DNA of 64,000 nucleotides from Gemmatimonadales bacterium. Its GTDB lineage: Bacteria; Gemmatimonadota; Gemmatimonadetes; Gemmatimonadales; GWC2-71-9. The translations under genes and the position numbers were made by a program. Positions 1 through 9,559 of this stretch are shown piece after piece (the stretch's first letter is position 1; every line of letters begins with the position of its first letter). Below the pieces are notes generated by a model, which was not told the DNA's origin, made no database searches, and worked only from the letters and a program-made list of their open reading frames with translations. The DNA is taken from assembly GCA_039794085.1 (NCBI GenBank), contig JBDIWC010000008.1, positions 44,845 through 108,844 of the forward strand, in the 5' to 3' direction.

Positions 1-689
1 GAACAATCGCGCTCGCCGAGGTGAATCACCGTCCCATGCTGATCCCCGAGGATCTGGATCTCGACATGCCGGGGACGCTGCAGGTACTTCTCGACGTAGA
101 CATCGCCGTTGCCGAAGGCGCTGAGGGCCTCGTTCTGCGCCAGGCCGAAGAGCTGCAGGAAGTTGTCCTCGGACGAAGCGATCCGCATCCCCTTCCCTCC
201 CCCTCCCGCCGTGGCCTTGATGATGACGGGGAAGCCGATGTCCCGGGCCACGGCGAGCGCGTCCTCCGGATCCTGCATCACTCCGGGGGATCCCGGCACG
301 GTCGGGACGCCCGCCTCGGCGGCCAGGCGCCGCGCCGAAGCCTTGTCGCCCATCTGGCGGATCTGCTCTCCGGTCGGGCCGATGAACGTGATGTTCGATG
401 CGGCACAGGTATCGGCGAATTCGGCGTTCTCGGCGAGGAAACCATACCCCGGGTGAATGGCGTCGGCACCCGTGATTTCCGCGGCCGCGATGAGCCGGGG
501 GATCTTCAGGTAGGACAAGCGCGCCGGTGCCGGTCCGATGCACACGTCATCGTCCGCGAAGCGGACGTGCAACGATTCGCGGTCGGCCTCGGAATACACG
601 GCCACGGTCTGGATTCCCAGTTCCCGGCATGCGCGAATGACCCGCAGCGCGATTTCACCGCGGTTGGCGACGAGCACCTTCCGGAACAT
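1..689 (-). CDS. accC: Acetyl-CoA carboxylase biotin carboxylase subunit (3' end outside window)
   Basis: Manual translation from ATG at 689: [26 protein letters not shown]...[11 protein letters not shown]...GGGGKGMR...HLGERDCS; absent from ORF track because there is no stop in the window. Confidence 0.96.
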   Translation of the reverse strand, partial: MFRKVLVANRGEIALRVIRACRELGIQTVAVYSEADRESLHVRFADDDVCIGPAPARLSYLKIPRLIAAAEITGADAIHPGYGFLAENAEFADTCAASNITFIGPTGEQIRQMGDKASARRLAAEAGVPTVPGSPGVMQDPEDALAVARDIGFPVIIKATAGGGGKGMRIASSEDNFLQLFGLAQNEALSAFGNGDVYVEKYLQRPRHVEIQILGDQHGTVIHLGERDC

Positions 690-691
690 GG

Positions 692-1864
692 TCAGCGCGC
701 GGGGTCGGAGGTTCGCTGCACCTCGCCGAGTCCATCACGGTCGGCCGAGGAGGCGGAATGGATGCCGGAGGCGCGGAGCGCGAACTCACTCGGATTGGTG
801 GAGTAGAACATGGCGCTTTCGTAGGTGATGACTCCGGTATTGTACCAGTTCATCAGGGATTGATCGAACGATTGCATCTGGTAGGAGACCATTCCCTCGG
901 CGATCAGGTCGGGAATGCTGAGCGTCTTCTGTACGTCCCGCAGGCTCTCCGAAACCGCCGCGGTGTTGATGAGTACCTCGGCTGCGGGGACCCGTCCGGT
1001 CCCGTCGGACCGAGGAACCAGCCGGAGACTGACGATGGCCGCCAGCGCGGTGGAGAGCAGCATCCGGATTTCCTGATGCTGGTGAGGCGGGTAGAAGGAC
1101 AGCACGCGGTTGATGGTCTGGGTGGCGTCGGTGGTGTGCAGGGTCGAGAACACGAGGTGCCCGGTATCGGCCGCCTTGAGAGCCGTGTCCAGGGTGTCGA
1201 GATCGCGGATCTCGCCCAGAAGGATCACATCGGGATCCTGCCGCAGCACGTGGCGAAGCGCCATGCTGAAGGACATGGTGTCGCTTCCCACTTCGCGTTG
1301 CGAAATGTTGGACAGCTGGTCCCGGTGCAGAAACTCGATCGGATCCTCGATGGTGATGACGTTGACCCGGCGATGCCGGTTCAGGTGATTGATCATCGCG
1401 GCCAGCGCCGTCGACTTCCCGCTGCCGGTCACCCCGGTGACCAGCACGAGGCCGCGGGGCTTGAGGGCGATCGTCTCCAGCACCTCGGGCAGATTCAGTT
1501 CGTGGATGGCCTTCACCTCATAGGGGATCGCCCGAAAGGCGAAGGCCAGGGTTCCGCGCTGCTGATAGATGTTGGTCCGGAACCGGCCGACCCCGGGGAC
1601 ACCGATCGCGAAGTCCGCCTCCTTCTTCTCGGAGAACTCCTTGATCTGCCGGGGCGTCATGATCTGCTCGGCGAGGGTCTTCAACTCCTCGGGACGCACC
1701 GGCGCCATGTCGAGGGAGCCAAGTTCCCCGTTAACGCGGACCGTGGGCGGACGGCCTACCTTGAGCAGGAGATCGCTTCCGCCCTGCTGCACCATCTGGG
1801 CGATCGCGCGCTTGAAGCTGAACGGGGGGAGTTCCAGTCCTTCGTCCGCGGGGAGGTCAGCCAT
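692..1864 (-). CDS. Type IV pilus retraction ATPase, PilT/PilU family
   Basis: Walker [17 protein letters not shown], Walker [10 protein letters not shown], His-box [16 protein letters not shown] motif degenerate (AVSESLRD), so PilU-like. Confidence 0.9.
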   Translation of the reverse strand: MADLPADEGLELPPFSFKRAIAQMVQQGGSDLLLKVGRPPTVRVNGELGSLDMAPVRPEELKTLAEQIMTPRQIKEFSEKKEADFAIGVPGVGRFRTNIYQQRGTLAFAFRAIPYEVKAIHELNLPEVLETIALKPRGLVLVTGVTGSGKSTALAAMINHLNRHRRVNVITIEDPIEFLHRDQLSNISQREVGSDTMSFSMALRHVLRQDPDVILLGEIRDLDTLDTALKAADTGHLVFSTLHTTDATQTINRVLSFYPPHQHQEIRMLLSTALAAIVSLRLVPRSDGTGRVPAAEVLINTAAVSESLRDVQKTLSIPDLIAEGMVSYQMQSFDQSLMNWYNTGVITYESAMFYSTNPSEFALRASGIHSASSADRDGLGEVQRTSDPAR

Positions 1865-2378
1865 GGGGATCCACCCGATAGAGGACCTGGCCGAATTCGA
1901 CGGGTTGGGAATTCTCCACGCAGATCTCCCGGACCACCCCCCCGAGTTCGGCCTCGATCTCGTTCATGATCTTCATTGCCTCGATGATGCACACGGTCTG
2001 GCCCGGCGCGATGCGATGGCCGATCCGGACATAAGGATCCGCCCCCGGTTCCGGGGCCGAGTAGAACGTTCCCACCATCGGGGAGCGGATCTCCTTCAGG
2101 GGGGAGGGAGCCGGAGCGGTCTCCGCAGGCGCAGGCACCGGTGCGGTCGAGGCGGCCGGAGACACCGGTGGCGTTGGCAGCGGCGAGGCGAACGGTGTCG
2201 CCGCGGTGCGGGTGATGGTCACCCCCGTTCCGAACAACCCCTTCAACTCGATCGAGCCGATCTCCGGGGAATCCCGAAGCAGTTGGGCCAACCGGCGGAC
2301 GTCCTTGATGTCGATCCCCTTCGCCCCGGGAAGTCCCCGGAGGAGGTCGGCGAGTTGCTGCGTGTCCTCAGGCGTCAT
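1857..2378 (-). CDS. accB: Biotin carboxyl carrier protein
   Basis: SPMVGTFY, biotinylation motif EAMKIMNEI, Pro/Ala-rich linker. Confidence 0.95.
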   Translation of the reverse strand: MTPEDTQQLADLLRGLPGAKGIDIKDVRRLAQLLRDSPEIGSIELKGLFGTGVTITRTAATPFASPLPTPPVSPAASTAPVPAPAETAPAPSPLKEIRSPMVGTFYSAPEPGADPYVRIGHRIAPGQTVCIIEAMKIMNEIEAELGGVVREICVENSQPVEFGQVLYRVDPHG

Positions 2379-2463
2379 GCGCAGTCAATTTCCGGGCGAT
2401 GGCGTGCCTCACGAGACGTTGCCCTTGAGGCGCGCACAAGGTTGCAGGTGGGGTGCCCCGGCG

Positions 2464-3552
2464 TCAGTCCAGGACCATGAGGTCCGGGGCACCACGGGAG
2501 AGGCATCGGGGCCCCTCGGGGGTGAGGAAGATGTCGTCCTCCAATCTGACACCTCCCCAGCCCGGAAGATAGACCCCCGGCTCGATCGTCACCACTGCCC
2601 CCGCCGGGATCACCCCCGGGGCGGTCGGGGCCAGCCGCGGCGACTCATGCACTTCCAGCCCGATCCCATGGCCCAGGGCATGTCCGAAGGCATCGCCGAA
2701 CCCGGCCGATTCGAGCACTCCGCGCGCCAGGGCGTCGGCCTCCCGGCCGGTCATCCCGGGCCGGAGCCGGGTGCGGGCCGTGGCCTGGGCTTCCCGCACC
2801 GCGCCGTAGACTTCCCGTTGCCGATCGTCGGGCGGAGCCCCGACCACGACGGTGCGGGTCAGATCGGCACAATACCCACGGCATCGGCTTCCAAAGTCCA
2901 TCAGGACCAATTCTCCCGTCCCGATGACCCGGTCGGTCGTGCCGGCATGGGGGAGCGCACTCCGAGGTCCGGAGGCCACAATAGTCGGAAAGGGATGCCA
3001 CTCGCTTCCCCGTTCCCGGAGGGCCATTTCCAGGCGCGCCGCGACCGAGCGCTCGGTCTGGCCGGCATGAATCCCGGGGAGCACCGAGTCCAGCGCCGAC
3101 TCGGCGATCGTGATGGCCTCGGTGATGGCGGCCACCTCGCCGGGATCCTTGACCACGCGCATGGTTTCCACGAGATCCTGCACCGGTTCCAGAACGCACC
3201 CGCTCAGGGGAGCCAGCCGACGCCGGTCCCGCAGGGAGAGGCTCTCCTCCTCGATTCCGACCCGACCACCCTCGGGCACGACCGTCTGAATGAGGGAGAG
3301 GAGCCGATCCCACACGTTGCGACGCTCCACCACCACCTCGACGCCCGGACCCGTTTCCGCGGGGGCCTGTTCAGCATAGCGAAAATCGGTGATCAGCAGG
3401 GAGGTTTCGGGAGTGATCAGGCCGAGCCCCGCAGTTCCGGAAAAGCCGAGCAGGTAGCGGATATTGGGAAGGGAGGTGACGAGGAATCCCGCCAACCCGG
3501 TGCCGACGAGGTGGTCCTGGCAGGCGCGCAGTCGTGCCGCGTCAGCCGCCAC
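2464..3552 (-). CDS. Xaa-Pro aminopeptidase (M24B)
   Basis: TDFRY, DFGS...[39 protein letters not shown] start at 3552 overlapping aroQ end chosen. Confidence 0.9.
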   Translation of the reverse strand: MAADAARLRACQDHLVGTGLAGFLVTSLPNIRYLLGFSGTAGLGLITPETSLLITDFRYAEQAPAETGPGVEVVVERRNVWDRLLSLIQTVVPEGGRVGIEEESLSLRDRRRLAPLSGCVLEPVQDLVETMRVVKDPGEVAAITEAITIAESALDSVLPGIHAGQTERSVAARLEMALRERGSEWHPFPTIVASGPRSALPHAGTTDRVIGTGELVLMDFGSRCRGYCADLTRTVVVGAPPDDRQREVYGAVREAQATARTRLRPGMTGREADALARGVLESAGFGDAFGHALGHGIGLEVHESPRLAPTAPGVIPAGAVVTIEPGVYLPGWGGVRLEDDIFLTPEGPRCLSRGAPDLMVLD

Positions 3553-3979
3553 CGAACCGCCGGTGGAGGGCGTGAAGTGCCGCCACGTAGCCATCGGCTC
3601 CGAGGCCCGAGACCACACCCACCGCCAGATCGGCCATCAGAGACCGGTGCCGCATCGGCTCCCGGGCGAAGACGTTGGACAAGTGGACTTCCACGAAAGG
3701 AATGCGCACGGCCAGGAGGGCATCCCGGATCGCCATGCTGGTGTGGGTGTACGCCCCCGCATTCAGGATCAGGGCATCGGCCGAGCCGGACAGCGCCTGG
3801 ATCCGATCCACCAACTCTCCTTCATGGTTCGACTGGCTGCAGGAGAGGGTGATTCCCAGAGGCTGGGCGGCCGCCCGGATTCCCGCCTCCAGATCCGCCA
3901 GGGTGGCCGCGCCGTACACCTCGGGTTCACGCACCCCGAGAAGATTGAGGTTGGGCCCGTGGATGACGGCGATGCGCAC
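3542..3979 (-). CDS. aroQ: Type II 3-dehydroquinate dehydratase
   Basis: [38 protein letters not shown]. Confidence 0.97.
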   Translation of the reverse strand: MRIAVIHGPNLNLLGVREPEVYGAATLADLEAGIRAAAQPLGITLSCSQSNHEGELVDRIQALSGSADALILNAGAYTHTSMAIRDALLAVRIPFVEVHLSNVFAREPMRHRSLMADLAVGVVSGLGADGYVAALHALHRRFGGG

Positions 3980-5949
3980 TATCGCTTGAGTCCCTTGAGC
4001 CAGTCGTTGAAATGCTGGAGATCTTCGCTGTCGGAGGCGGAAGGGGTGCCGGAGGGGGGGGCGACCACCGGCGGCCGGTCGCTGAAGAATTCATCGAAGG
4101 AGGGAGAGGTGCCTTCCCCCTCGTCCTGGGCGGCCGCAGGAGCGTTGGCATCCGAGGGGTCATCCCCAAAGACGGAATCGAGGCCGAAGTGTTTGTCCGC
4201 GGGCCGAGTCGGTTCTCCCTCCTTCGGCCGGTCCATGGCCGGGGGAGTGATGGCCAAGGGGGAGGTCGGTTCCCTCACGGCGAGAACACCGGCGAGAAAA
4301 TCGCCCAACGATTCCCCCCCCGTGCTGGATGCCGCGAACCGGGCCGGAGCGGGTTCGGCGGACGGAGTGTCATCCTCCGCGGCGGGGGGCGGAGTGAGGC
4401 GGCCGATGGCCTCCTGCAGCCGGGCATTCTCGGGATCACGGCGGGCCAGCTCGGTGTACACCGCCAGGGCAAGTTCGTCGTGGCCCTGCCGCAGGAAGAT
4501 CTCCGCCATGCTCTCGGTGACGACCAGCGCGTCCTCATCATCCTGGTCCTGGTCCGATGCCTCATCGCCGGGTTCCTCGAGCTCCTCGGCTGACATCTCC
4601 ATCAGGGCCAGTTCCGGGGTCTCCCCTCCCTCGGCATTTCCCTCCACCGTCCGGTCATGTGATTCCTCCGGCGGCTCCGCCGCCGCGAAGGACCGATCGC
4701 GCTCGGTGTCACTCGGGAGGGAGGTCTCGCTCACGGCGGGCGGGCCCTCGGGCCAGGTTTCCGGCCCCACTTCCTCCCGATGTTCGGGGAACCCGGTGTC
4801 GGTCGGATCCGGCAAGGGCAGTGCCGCGTCGACAACGCTGGCGGGGGTGTCGGGATCGTCAGGGATCCTCCCCGTCAACGGTTCGCCGTCCTCGGCCGGG
4901 ACGTCCGACTCCCCCGTTTCCGGGGGCAGCTCCGCCGGCGTCCAGGGATTGGCGGACAGATCGTCCTCCGCGTCCAGAAGCCGCAGAGTCCCCTCGTGCA
5001 GGTCGTCGGCATCCGGGGCCGGGACCTCTCCCGGTTCTGACTCGGCCACCAGGTCCACCCGAACCCCTGGCACCTCGGAGTCATCCTCGGAATCGGGAAT
5101 CGCCGACTCCGTCCGGGAGACCCACCCCGATTCGGCATTGGGCTCCGTCGTGTCGGCCTCCATCTCCGTCAGATCCTTCAAGGTGGGCACCACGTCGATG
5201 TCCATCGACGGGAGGGAGAGGCCATCCCCTTCCGAATCCGTTTCCCCATCCGGCGCGCCGGCCTCCTCGGCCGGTGCGGAGAGCGTCTCGCTGTCATTGG
5301 CGAGGGCGAATTCGTTCCTGGCGCCGGGGGAGGACCACTGCTCGTCGATGTGCAGGTCGAGGGGGTCGGTCTCGGTGTCCACCTCGACCAGCGGGAAGCG
5401 GTCGTCAGGGATCTCCCGGTCGACCTCGGATTCGATGAGGTTCACCAGGGGAAAGGCCGATTCCCCGAGTGTGGAGTCACTCGGAGAAGATGGCGGCCCC
5501 ATGTCCGAAACCGGAGGGGCATAGTCCGTGGCCGGAGCGGGCGGTGCCTTCGCCTGCAGTTCTGCGAGTCGTGCCGTTGCCTCATCGTCGGTCGGATCGG
5601 CCTCGAGGAGACGTCGCAAATGGAGGACGGCTTCCTGCGGTCGCCCGGACCGGAGGGAAATCTCGGCCAGACCCCGAAGGGCAATCAGGTTGAGGGAGTC
5701 GAAGGAGAGGACCAGAGCAAAGGCGGAGGCCGCCATCGTGTCGTCTCCGGCGGCCAGAGCGCACCGGCCGCGAACAATGTGCGCCGGGACATAATCCGGG
5801 TGATGGGCAAGACCCAGTTCGAGGGTCTGGAATGCCTCATCCAGCCGCCCGGCCTTGCGATATGCCTCGGCCAGAGGAGCAAAGGTAAGCCCCTGCATGT
5901 TCTCGAGCCACCGTCGTTCGAGCTTCTCGATTTCGCCTGGACTTGCCAT
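3979..5949 (-). CDS. TPR protein with long acidic disordered centre
   Basis: N-terminal TPRs ([12 protein letters not shown]...[12 protein letters not shown]), long D/E/P-rich linker, single C-terminal TPR-like motif [13 protein letters not shown]...[15 protein letters not shown] at 5949. Confidence 0.75.
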   Translation of the reverse strand: MASPGEIEKLERRWLENMQGLTFAPLAEAYRKAGRLDEAFQTLELGLAHHPDYVPAHIVRGRCALAAGDDTMAASAFALVLSFDSLNLIALRGLAEISLRSGRPQEAVLHLRRLLEADPTDDEATARLAELQAKAPPAPATDYAPPVSDMGPPSSPSDSTLGESAFPLVNLIESEVDREIPDDRFPLVEVDTETDPLDLHIDEQWSSPGARNEFALANDSETLSAPAEEAGAPDGETDSEGDGLSLPSMDIDVVPTLKDLTEMEADTTEPNAESGWVSRTESAIPDSEDDSEVPGVRVDLVAESEPGEVPAPDADDLHEGTLRLLDAEDDLSANPWTPAELPPETGESDVPAEDGEPLTGRIPDDPDTPASVVDAALPLPDPTDTGFPEHREEVGPETWPEGPPAVSETSLPSDTERDRSFAAAEPPEESHDRTVEGNAEGGETPELALMEMSAEELEEPGDEASDQDQDDEDALVVTESMAEIFLRQGHDELALAVYTELARRDPENARLQEAIGRLTPPPAAEDDTPSAEPAPARFAASSTGGESLGDFLAGVLAVREPTSPLAITPPAMDRPKEGEPTRPADKHFGLDSVFGDDPSDANAPAAAQDEGEGTSPSFDEFFSDRPPVVAPPSGTPSASDSEDLQHFNDWLKGLKR

Positions 5950-5986
5950 CCGCCGGTTTCCGTAAGTTGTTGTCAGTGCGACACTC

Positions 5987-6015
5987 AGACTAGCCCGATC
6001 GCCGGGCGGTGTCAA
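5987..6015 (-). promoter_or_regulatory. Sigma70-type promoter for TPR-aroQ-pepP-acc operon
   Basis: Minus strand TTGACA-17 nt-TAGTCT. Confidence 0.65.
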
Positions 6016-6035
6016 CGGGTGTGGACCAGGGATCC

Positions 6036-6064
6036 TTGAGGAAAGTCCCGGCCCTGCTTAAACT
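6036..6064 (+). promoter_or_regulatory. Sigma70-type promoter for ppiD/surA
   Basis: TTGAGG-17 nt-TAAACT, divergent from the previous promoter; AGGAG RBS downstream. Confidence 0.55.
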
Positions 6065-6106
6065 TATCGCCTTCATCTGCCACCGGATCAGGAGTGTCCG
6101 CCGATC

Positions 6107-7942
6107 ATGATGCAAGCGTTTCGAAACAGTGCCAAACCCATCGTGCTGATCCTGACCGTCTCGTTCTTCGGCTGGCTCGTTTTTGACCTGAGCGGCCTCA
6201 GTGGAGGGACAGGCCTGCTGACTCAGACCTCGGTCGGCAAGATCAATGGACGCACGATTGATGCCCGGCTCTTCCAGGAGGCCGTCCAGCAGGCCACGGA
6301 GGTGCAGCAACGTCAATCCCCAACACCACTTGGGGTATCTGACCAAGCCCAGATCCGGGACCAGGTGTGGGAGCAGTTCATTCAATCCACCATCCTGGAT
6401 GAGGAGTACCGCCGGAGGGGACTGCAAGTTTCGGCAAACGAGATCGCCGATGCAATACGAAACGTTCCCCCCCAGGAGATCCGAGCCGTCCCGACCTTTC
6501 AGACCGACGGCCAGTTCGACATGTCCAAGTACCAGGCCTGGCTCGGAACGACCGAGGGAATGAGTTATGTCCCGGTCCTGGAAGCCCGGTATCGCGACGA
6601 GATCCTCCGATCCAAACTGGTCCAGGACCTCATTTCCACGCTCTACGTGTCGGACGCTCAACTGTGGCAGCAGTACCGGGATGCCAACGACTCGATCTCC
6701 GTGGAGCTTGCCACCATCGACCCTCTCTCGGTCATCCCCGATACCGAGGCGCCGGTGACGGATAGCGAGGTCGAGAACTGGTTCCGCTCCCACCGGGATG
6801 ACTTCCGGCGCCAGAGAACGGCCTTTCTCAGCTTCATTGCCGTCGACAAGCAGGTCAACGCGTCCGACTCCGCCGCTGCATTGGCCAGGGCGGAGGCCCT
6901 CCGGGCGGAGATCCAGGGTGGAGCCCCGTTCGCGGAAGTCGCCCAGCGGGAATCGTCCGACACCGTTTCCGGCAGCCGCGGAGGTGATCTCGGCGAGTGG
7001 ACCCGGAACACCTTCGACCCCGCCTTCGAGGCGGCCGCCTTCCGGCTCCCGCTCAACACGGTTTCGGAGCCGGTCCTGACGCCGTTCGGCTATCACCTCA
7101 TCGAGATCACGAGCCGGAAGGGTGACACCATCTCCGGCCGGCACATTCTGGTCCCGATCGAGCTCGCCGGCTCCCACCGCGACCTGGTGGACGCTCGCGC
7201 CGACAGCCTGGAGTTGCTGGCCGCCGACCGGCTGGACCGGGCAGCACTCGATACCGCCTCCCGGGCTCTCGGGCTTCCCATCGTCGAAAGCGGGCCGGTC
7301 GTGGAGGGTGGCTTCGCTCCGGTGCACATCGACGCGACGATCTGGGCCTTCCAGGCCAAGCGGCATGAGCATAGCCCGGTTTTCGAGGCCCCCGCATCGT
7401 ACCTGGTCTACCGGGTAGACAGCCTCTGGCCGGCTGGCGTTCCCGCGCTGGGGGCCATCCGCGGGGAGGTGATTGCGGCGGTTCGAGCGGACAAGAAGAG
7501 GGCCCAGGCCCGGCGGTTGGCCGACTCCCTCGCAGCACGGGTTCGAGCAGGCACGACTCTCCGGGAGGCGGCAGCGGGACTCGGCGTTCCGGTCGAACCC
7601 CTGGGCCCCTTCACTCGGTACACCGCCCCGCTCCAGAGCGGACTGACCCTGGGAACGGCCTTCGGGTTGGAACCGGGGCAGACGAGTGGCACCATCGAAG
7701 AGAATGACCGTTTCTACCTGGTTCACGTCCGGGAACGATGGGCCGCCGACAGCAGCGCCTTTGCCAACTCCCTGGACAGCCTCCGCACCTCGACGTTGCA
7801 GACAGTTCGGCAGAATTATGTGCAGCGCTATTTTGCGGCCCTGCGATCCCAGGCCAAGCTCGCTGACTATCGGTCAGAGCTCTATCGGACGGCGGCTCAG
7901 AACGAGGCTCTCGCGCCCCCCGTTCCTCCTCCGGCCTATTGA
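6107..7942 (+). CDS. PpiD/SurA-family periplasmic chaperone / parvulin PPIase
   Basis: N-terminal TM, SurA_N-like region (VGKING...), parvulin motif FAEVAQRESSD...GGDLG...FEAAAF...SEPVLTPFGYHLI. Confidence 0.88.
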   Translation: MMQAFRNSAKPIVLILTVSFFGWLVFDLSGLSGGTGLLTQTSVGKINGRTIDARLFQEAVQQATEVQQRQSPTPLGVSDQAQIRDQVWEQFIQSTILDEEYRRRGLQVSANEIADAIRNVPPQEIRAVPTFQTDGQFDMSKYQAWLGTTEGMSYVPVLEARYRDEILRSKLVQDLISTLYVSDAQLWQQYRDANDSISVELATIDPLSVIPDTEAPVTDSEVENWFRSHRDDFRRQRTAFLSFIAVDKQVNASDSAAALARAEALRAEIQGGAPFAEVAQRESSDTVSGSRGGDLGEWTRNTFDPAFEAAAFRLPLNTVSEPVLTPFGYHLIEITSRKGDTISGRHILVPIELAGSHRDLVDARADSLELLAADRLDRAALDTASRALGLPIVESGPVVEGGFAPVHIDATIWAFQAKRHEHSPVFEAPASYLVYRVDSLWPAGVPALGAIRGEVIAAVRADKKRAQARRLADSLAARVRAGTTLREAAAGLGVPVEPLGPFTRYTAPLQSGLTLGTAFGLEPGQTSGTIEENDRFYLVHVRERWAADSSAFANSLDSLRTSTLQTVRQNYVQRYFAALRSQAKLADYRSELYRTAAQNEALAPPVPPPAY

Positions 7943-7967
7943 CGCCGGGCCGTCGGCCACCCATGCG

Positions 7968-8001
7968 AAACGCGGTGCCTGCAGGCACCGCGTTTTCTTT
8001 T
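7968..8001. terminator. Bidirectional intrinsic terminator between ppiD and tatA
   Basis: Perfect 28-bp palindrome AAACGCGGTGCCTGCAGGCACCGCGTTT (7968-7995) followed by T-run, between convergent genes. Confidence 0.85.
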
Positions 8002-8019
8002 CACCCCTCTCCCACCGAC

Positions 8020-8277
8020 CTATTGGGAGAGGCGCTTCGGCTCCCCGGAGGATGCGGGAGGCTGCTGCGAGGCGGCATCCATTTGCCTGCCCGGGGGAAG
8101 GTTTCGTTCCTCTCCCGTGCCGGTCACGGCGTTTTCCACGTCGCTGAAGCTCCTCTTGAACTCACGGATTCCCTTCCCGAACGACGCCCCGATCTCTGGA
8201 AGTCGCTTGGCCCCGAACACGAGCAACACGACCAGCAGGATGATCATGATCTCGCCGAAACCCAGATTTCCCAACAT
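8020..8277 (-). CDS. tatA: Twin-arginine translocase TatA/TatE subunit
   Basis: MLGNLGFGEIMIILLVVLLVFGAKRLPEIGASFGKGIREFK; GGAGG RBS before ATG 8277. Confidence 0.93.
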   Translation of the reverse strand: MLGNLGFGEIMIILLVVLLVFGAKRLPEIGASFGKGIREFKRSFSDVENAVTGTGEERNLPPGRQMDAASQQPPASSGEPKRLSQ

Positions 8278-8294
8278 GGTGTCCTCCTGCAAGC

Positions 8295-8567
8295 TTAGAA
8301 CAGCGATTTGGCGATCAGGTAGGCCAGAACCACCCCGATCAGGCTCAGCAGTGACACATCGACACCAGCCGGCCCCAGAGTGAAGTGTACCACAAGGAGA
8401 TCGACCGGAACAGGCCCGACTCCGAAGGTCACTCCGTAGGTAAAGAAATCCCGGGTGGGACTTTCCGGGAGGAATCGCCGGAGAAAGGCCGTCAGGAAGC
8501 CCCCCAGGACGAAGCCGGCCAGGAGGACCGACAGGTAGAATCGGGGTCGGCGGGGTCCGACAGCCAT
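8295..8567 (-). CDS. Small membrane protein, DUF4321-like
   Basis: Two hydrophobic segments around FGVGPVPVDLLVVHFTLG...VSLLSLIG; coupled to upstream gene. Confidence 0.65.
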   Translation of the reverse strand: MAVGPRRPRFYLSVLLAGFVLGGFLTAFLRRFLPESPTRDFFTYGVTFGVGPVPVDLLVVHFTLGPAGVDVSLLSLIGVVLAYLIAKSLF

Positions 8568-9559
8568 CAGCTCCTCCGTTCGAGAATGTAGCAGAGACTC
8601 GCCCGGAGCGTCTCCCGCGCGGGAGAGGGTGGCAGGACGGCCAATTCCGCCTCCGCCTCTTCCAGGAGGGCCTGGGCGCGGTCGCGTGCGTAGGCCAGCC
8701 CGCCGCGGTCGGCGACAATGCCAATCACCGCGCTCACCTGGTCGCCACGGGGATCGGGATTGGCGAAGAGTTCGTCGACCACCGCGCGCTCGCCCCGGGA
8801 CAGCCGGGGAAGGACATGGATGAGGGGGAGGGTGATCTTGTGCTCCCGAAGATCCAGGCCGGCGGGTTTCCCCGTGATGGTCGCATCGGAGGTGAAGTCG
8901 AGCAGGTCATCGACGATCTGGAAGGCACGGCCGAGCCGGTCCCCGAAGCGAGCCATGGCCTCGCGCCGCCCCGCGGGCGCGCCGAGCGCACCCACCTCAC
9001 AGGCACCGGAGACGAGGGAGGCCGTCTTCGACCGAATGAGGAGGTTGTAGTCCTCCTCGGTGAAGGCGAGAGGGTCGACGGCCAGGAGCTGCCGCATCTC
9101 CCCCACGGTCATCTCATTGGTCACCCGGGCCAGGACCTGGAGGGGGACAAGGTCGTCCAGGCGAACCAGTTCAATCACGGCCCGGGAGTAGAGATAGTCT
9201 CCCATGATCACCGAGACCTGGTGACTGAAGAGGGAGTTGATCGTGGGCATTCCGCGACGAAGCACGGAATGATCCACCGCATCGTCATGGACCAGCGTGG
9301 CCAGGTGAATCAGTTCCACCACCGCGGCAAGCCGCACGGCCGTGGCCGGATCGGTTCCCTCGCTCGCATCCCGTGAGAGGAGCACCAGGGTGGGGCGGAA
9401 CATCTTGCCCTGCATGCGGAGGAGGTGAGCATTGACTTCCACGATCAACCCGAAATCGGCCACGATGAGCTGGGAGAGCCTGTCCCGCACCTCATCGAGA
9501 CGCGATTCCAGTCCGGCCTGGATGTCACCGAGGGTGACCGGCGAGGTTCCGCTCGTCAT
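8567..9559 (-). CDS. Long-chain polyprenyl diphosphate synthase (IspB-like)
   Basis: GKMFRP, FARM HDDAVD..RRG, KTA, SARM FQIVDDLLD; small residue five before FARM. Confidence 0.92.
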   Translation of the reverse strand: MTSGTSPVTLGDIQAGLESRLDEVRDRLSQLIVADFGLIVEVNAHLLRMQGKMFRPTLVLLSRDASEGTDPATAVRLAAVVELIHLATLVHDDAVDHSVLRRGMPTINSLFSHQVSVIMGDYLYSRAVIELVRLDDLVPLQVLARVTNEMTVGEMRQLLAVDPLAFTEEDYNLLIRSKTASLVSGACEVGALGAPAGRREAMARFGDRLGRAFQIVDDLLDFTSDATITGKPAGLDLREHKITLPLIHVLPRLSRGERAVVDELFANPDPRGDQVSAVIGIVADRGGLAYARDRAQALLEEAEAELAVLPPSPARETLRASLCYILERRS

